Below, piece after piece: positions 62,376 through 64,000 of a DNA stretch of 64,000 bases; within the stretch, counting starts at the first letter, position 1, and every line of letters begins with the position of its first letter. This DNA comes from Chloropicon primus. Its lineage: Eukaryota. Position numbers and translations under genes: made by a program. Where the stretch lies: contig CP060754.1 of NCBI GenBank assembly GCA_023205875.1, positions 1,674,001 through 1,738,000 of the forward strand, given 5' to 3'. Under the pieces are notes generated by a model. It saw nothing but the letters and a program-made list of their open reading frames with translations, was not told the DNA's origin and ran no database searches.

Positions 62376-63102
62376 ATGGTAGGACTTGCGGATATGTCTT
62401 CCGTGTCGAGGGAGAATATAGAGGTCATGGACGCGCTCATTGGGAACTTCACGTTGTACGACGACGTGAACAAGGTGTATGACATACTGAAGGGGCACAG
62501 GAAGCTGAGCATGCTGTGCGAGGAGAAGGATGCGAGTGCGAAGGAGTCCATCAAGCAGCTTCAGAAGCAGGTGGAAGGACTCGAGAGGGAGAGGGAGGAC
62601 CTCGTGGCGCAGAACGAGGAGGAGAAGAGGCACGAGAACGACAAACTCAAGCGACAGGTAAGTCCCCCGCAAGGACACGGAGGAGAGCGTGCAAGAAAAG
62701 ACACGCACGCACGCGCGTGCAGCGGCTGACTGACCGACGAAATCGTTCTCTCCCCAGCTCGCGAAAGCGGAGGCCGAGGCCGAGGCCATGGAGGAAAACA
62801 TCAAGGAGCTGCAGGTCGAGAGAGACGAGCTGAAGGCTAGCCTTGTTCAGACGGAAGACAAGTACATGGATAGAACAAAGCAGCTCAGCGAGCAAGAGCA
62901 TCGGGTGAAGCACGAGCTGAGTCTCTTCGCTCACATCTCCAAGATCAACTGGACGGCAACTGACGAGGTGGGAGGCAAGAACGAAATCAGGGGAGTGATC
63001 TCCAAGACAAATCAGGGTGACCTGAACACGTTCTGCTTCGATACGAAGAAGACGTCGAGATTCCACATCGCAAACAAGCTGTGGGACGCCATGGACGAGT
63101 GA
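62376..63102 (+). CDS. SPC24: Kinetochore Ndc80-complex subunit Spc24; intron 62658-62757
   Basis: Coiled coil followed by LSLFAHISKINW..IRGVI..F.FD..SRFHIANKLWDAM; phase-0 GTAAGT..CAG intron. Confidence 0.8.
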
Positions 63103-63247
63103 AGCAACGAACTGATACTGTATAAAATGAGCCCAACGAAAACAAAAAAATTTGTACATAGTGCCCTTTACCTACCAGACACTCGTCAGGGCTTGCTGCC
63201 CACAAAAAAATAAGGACCTTGAAACTCCTTGCCCCCGCGGCGCCAAA

Positions 63248-64000
63248 TCAGCAAGGGCCAAAAAGAACGTTCATGAGGAAAGGATCGCGGTGGATTCCCT
63301 CCTTGAACTCTTCGTACGTGATCTTCCCGTCGTGATTCATGTCAAACCTCTCAAACAGGTCGCCCAAGATATCCCCCAGAAGAGAGTGGCTGCGGACGAC
63401 GGCGCTGTGAAGACCCTCCGATCCTTGCTCCGCGGGGGGGCTCGTGCTTGTGATGTAAATATCTTCTTCGCCTCCCTTCCTCTTCTTGTCGGCATGCGAA
63501 TTCGCGAAAGATGTGAGCATTTCATTCTTCAGCCTCATGGAAGCCAGCATGTCGTACAGCTCCTCCCGAGAGATCCAACCCGAGTCGTCCACGTCGTATA
63601 TCTTGAAACACATTTTGATCCGATCCTCCCCGGCGCCCGCTTGCATGGCGCCAAGGCCAACGATGAACTCCCTGAAGTCGACAGCGCCGTCGCCGTTGGT
63701 GTCGAACAGCTGAAACATGCGATTCAGAACAGGGGGGCAAGAGCTGGATCCCTCGCCCTTGGGATCCGAAGCCGGCGAGGCCACGTGGGCCGTGGCGCTC
63801 GGCGGCAGCCTGGACACCATCACCCTCTGGAAACTCTCGAAATCGATGTCGGTGGTCTTGCCGCAAACCCTCTTGAACTCCGTCTTGAGCTCTTGCAGCT
63901 GCTGCGGGCTGAAGTGTATCGAGGTGATGTCGTCCTCAATGGCACAACTGCCTCCCAGACTGGCGATCGTGTTGTGAAGCTTGGAGATCTTTGCCCTGTG
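63248..64000 (-). CDS. EF-hand calcium-binding protein (calcineurin B/NCS-like), 5' end outside the window
   Basis: The frame is open to the window edge; EF loops DTNGDGAVDFREF, DVDDSGWISREEL, DMNHDGKITYEEF. Confidence 0.85.
   Translation of the reverse strand, partial: HRAKISKLHNTIASLGGSCAIEDDITSIHFSPQQLQELKTEFKRVCGKTTDIDFESFQRVMVSRLPPSATAHVASPASDPKGEGSSSCPPVLNRMFQLFDTNGDGAVDFREFIVGLGAMQAGAGEDRIKMCFKIYDVDDSGWISREELYDMLASMRLKNEMLTSFANSHADKKRKGGEEDIYITSTSPPAEQGSEGLHSAVVRSHSLLGDILGDLFERFDMNHDGKITYEEFKEGIHRDPFLMNVLFGPC

Overview
Eukaryotic nuclear DNA from a very compact, GC-rich green-algal genome. Support: short GT-AG introns with CTGAC-type branch sites, TGTAA poly(A) signals, plastid-targeted OHP2 and Ycf66, and an AP2 factor. 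The style fits a picoplanktonic chlorophyte such as Chloropicon (inference, not proven). About 30 protein-coding genes are packed with intergenic gaps of roughly 30-800 bp; there is also a U5 snRNA gene absent from the ORF track. The dominant feature is an intronless 15.9-kb gene for a 5,287-aa type-I membrane glycoprotein. It has duplicated six-cysteine modules, GGFPGG repeat linkers, a REJ/GPS-like region and paired RxL(L/Q/M) motifs, suggesting a protease-processed cell-surface polyprotein. Other notable items: a ribokinase fused to a xylose/apiose-isomerase-like enzyme, an apparently plastid-targeted SLC4 transporter, a porin-like protein, an SBP2 with zinc fingers and a C-terminal PAM2 motif plus a long downstream hairpin, a FAP85-like flagellar protein, and a Mutator-like zinc-finger gene. 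All family calls come from recalled motifs; no database search was run.
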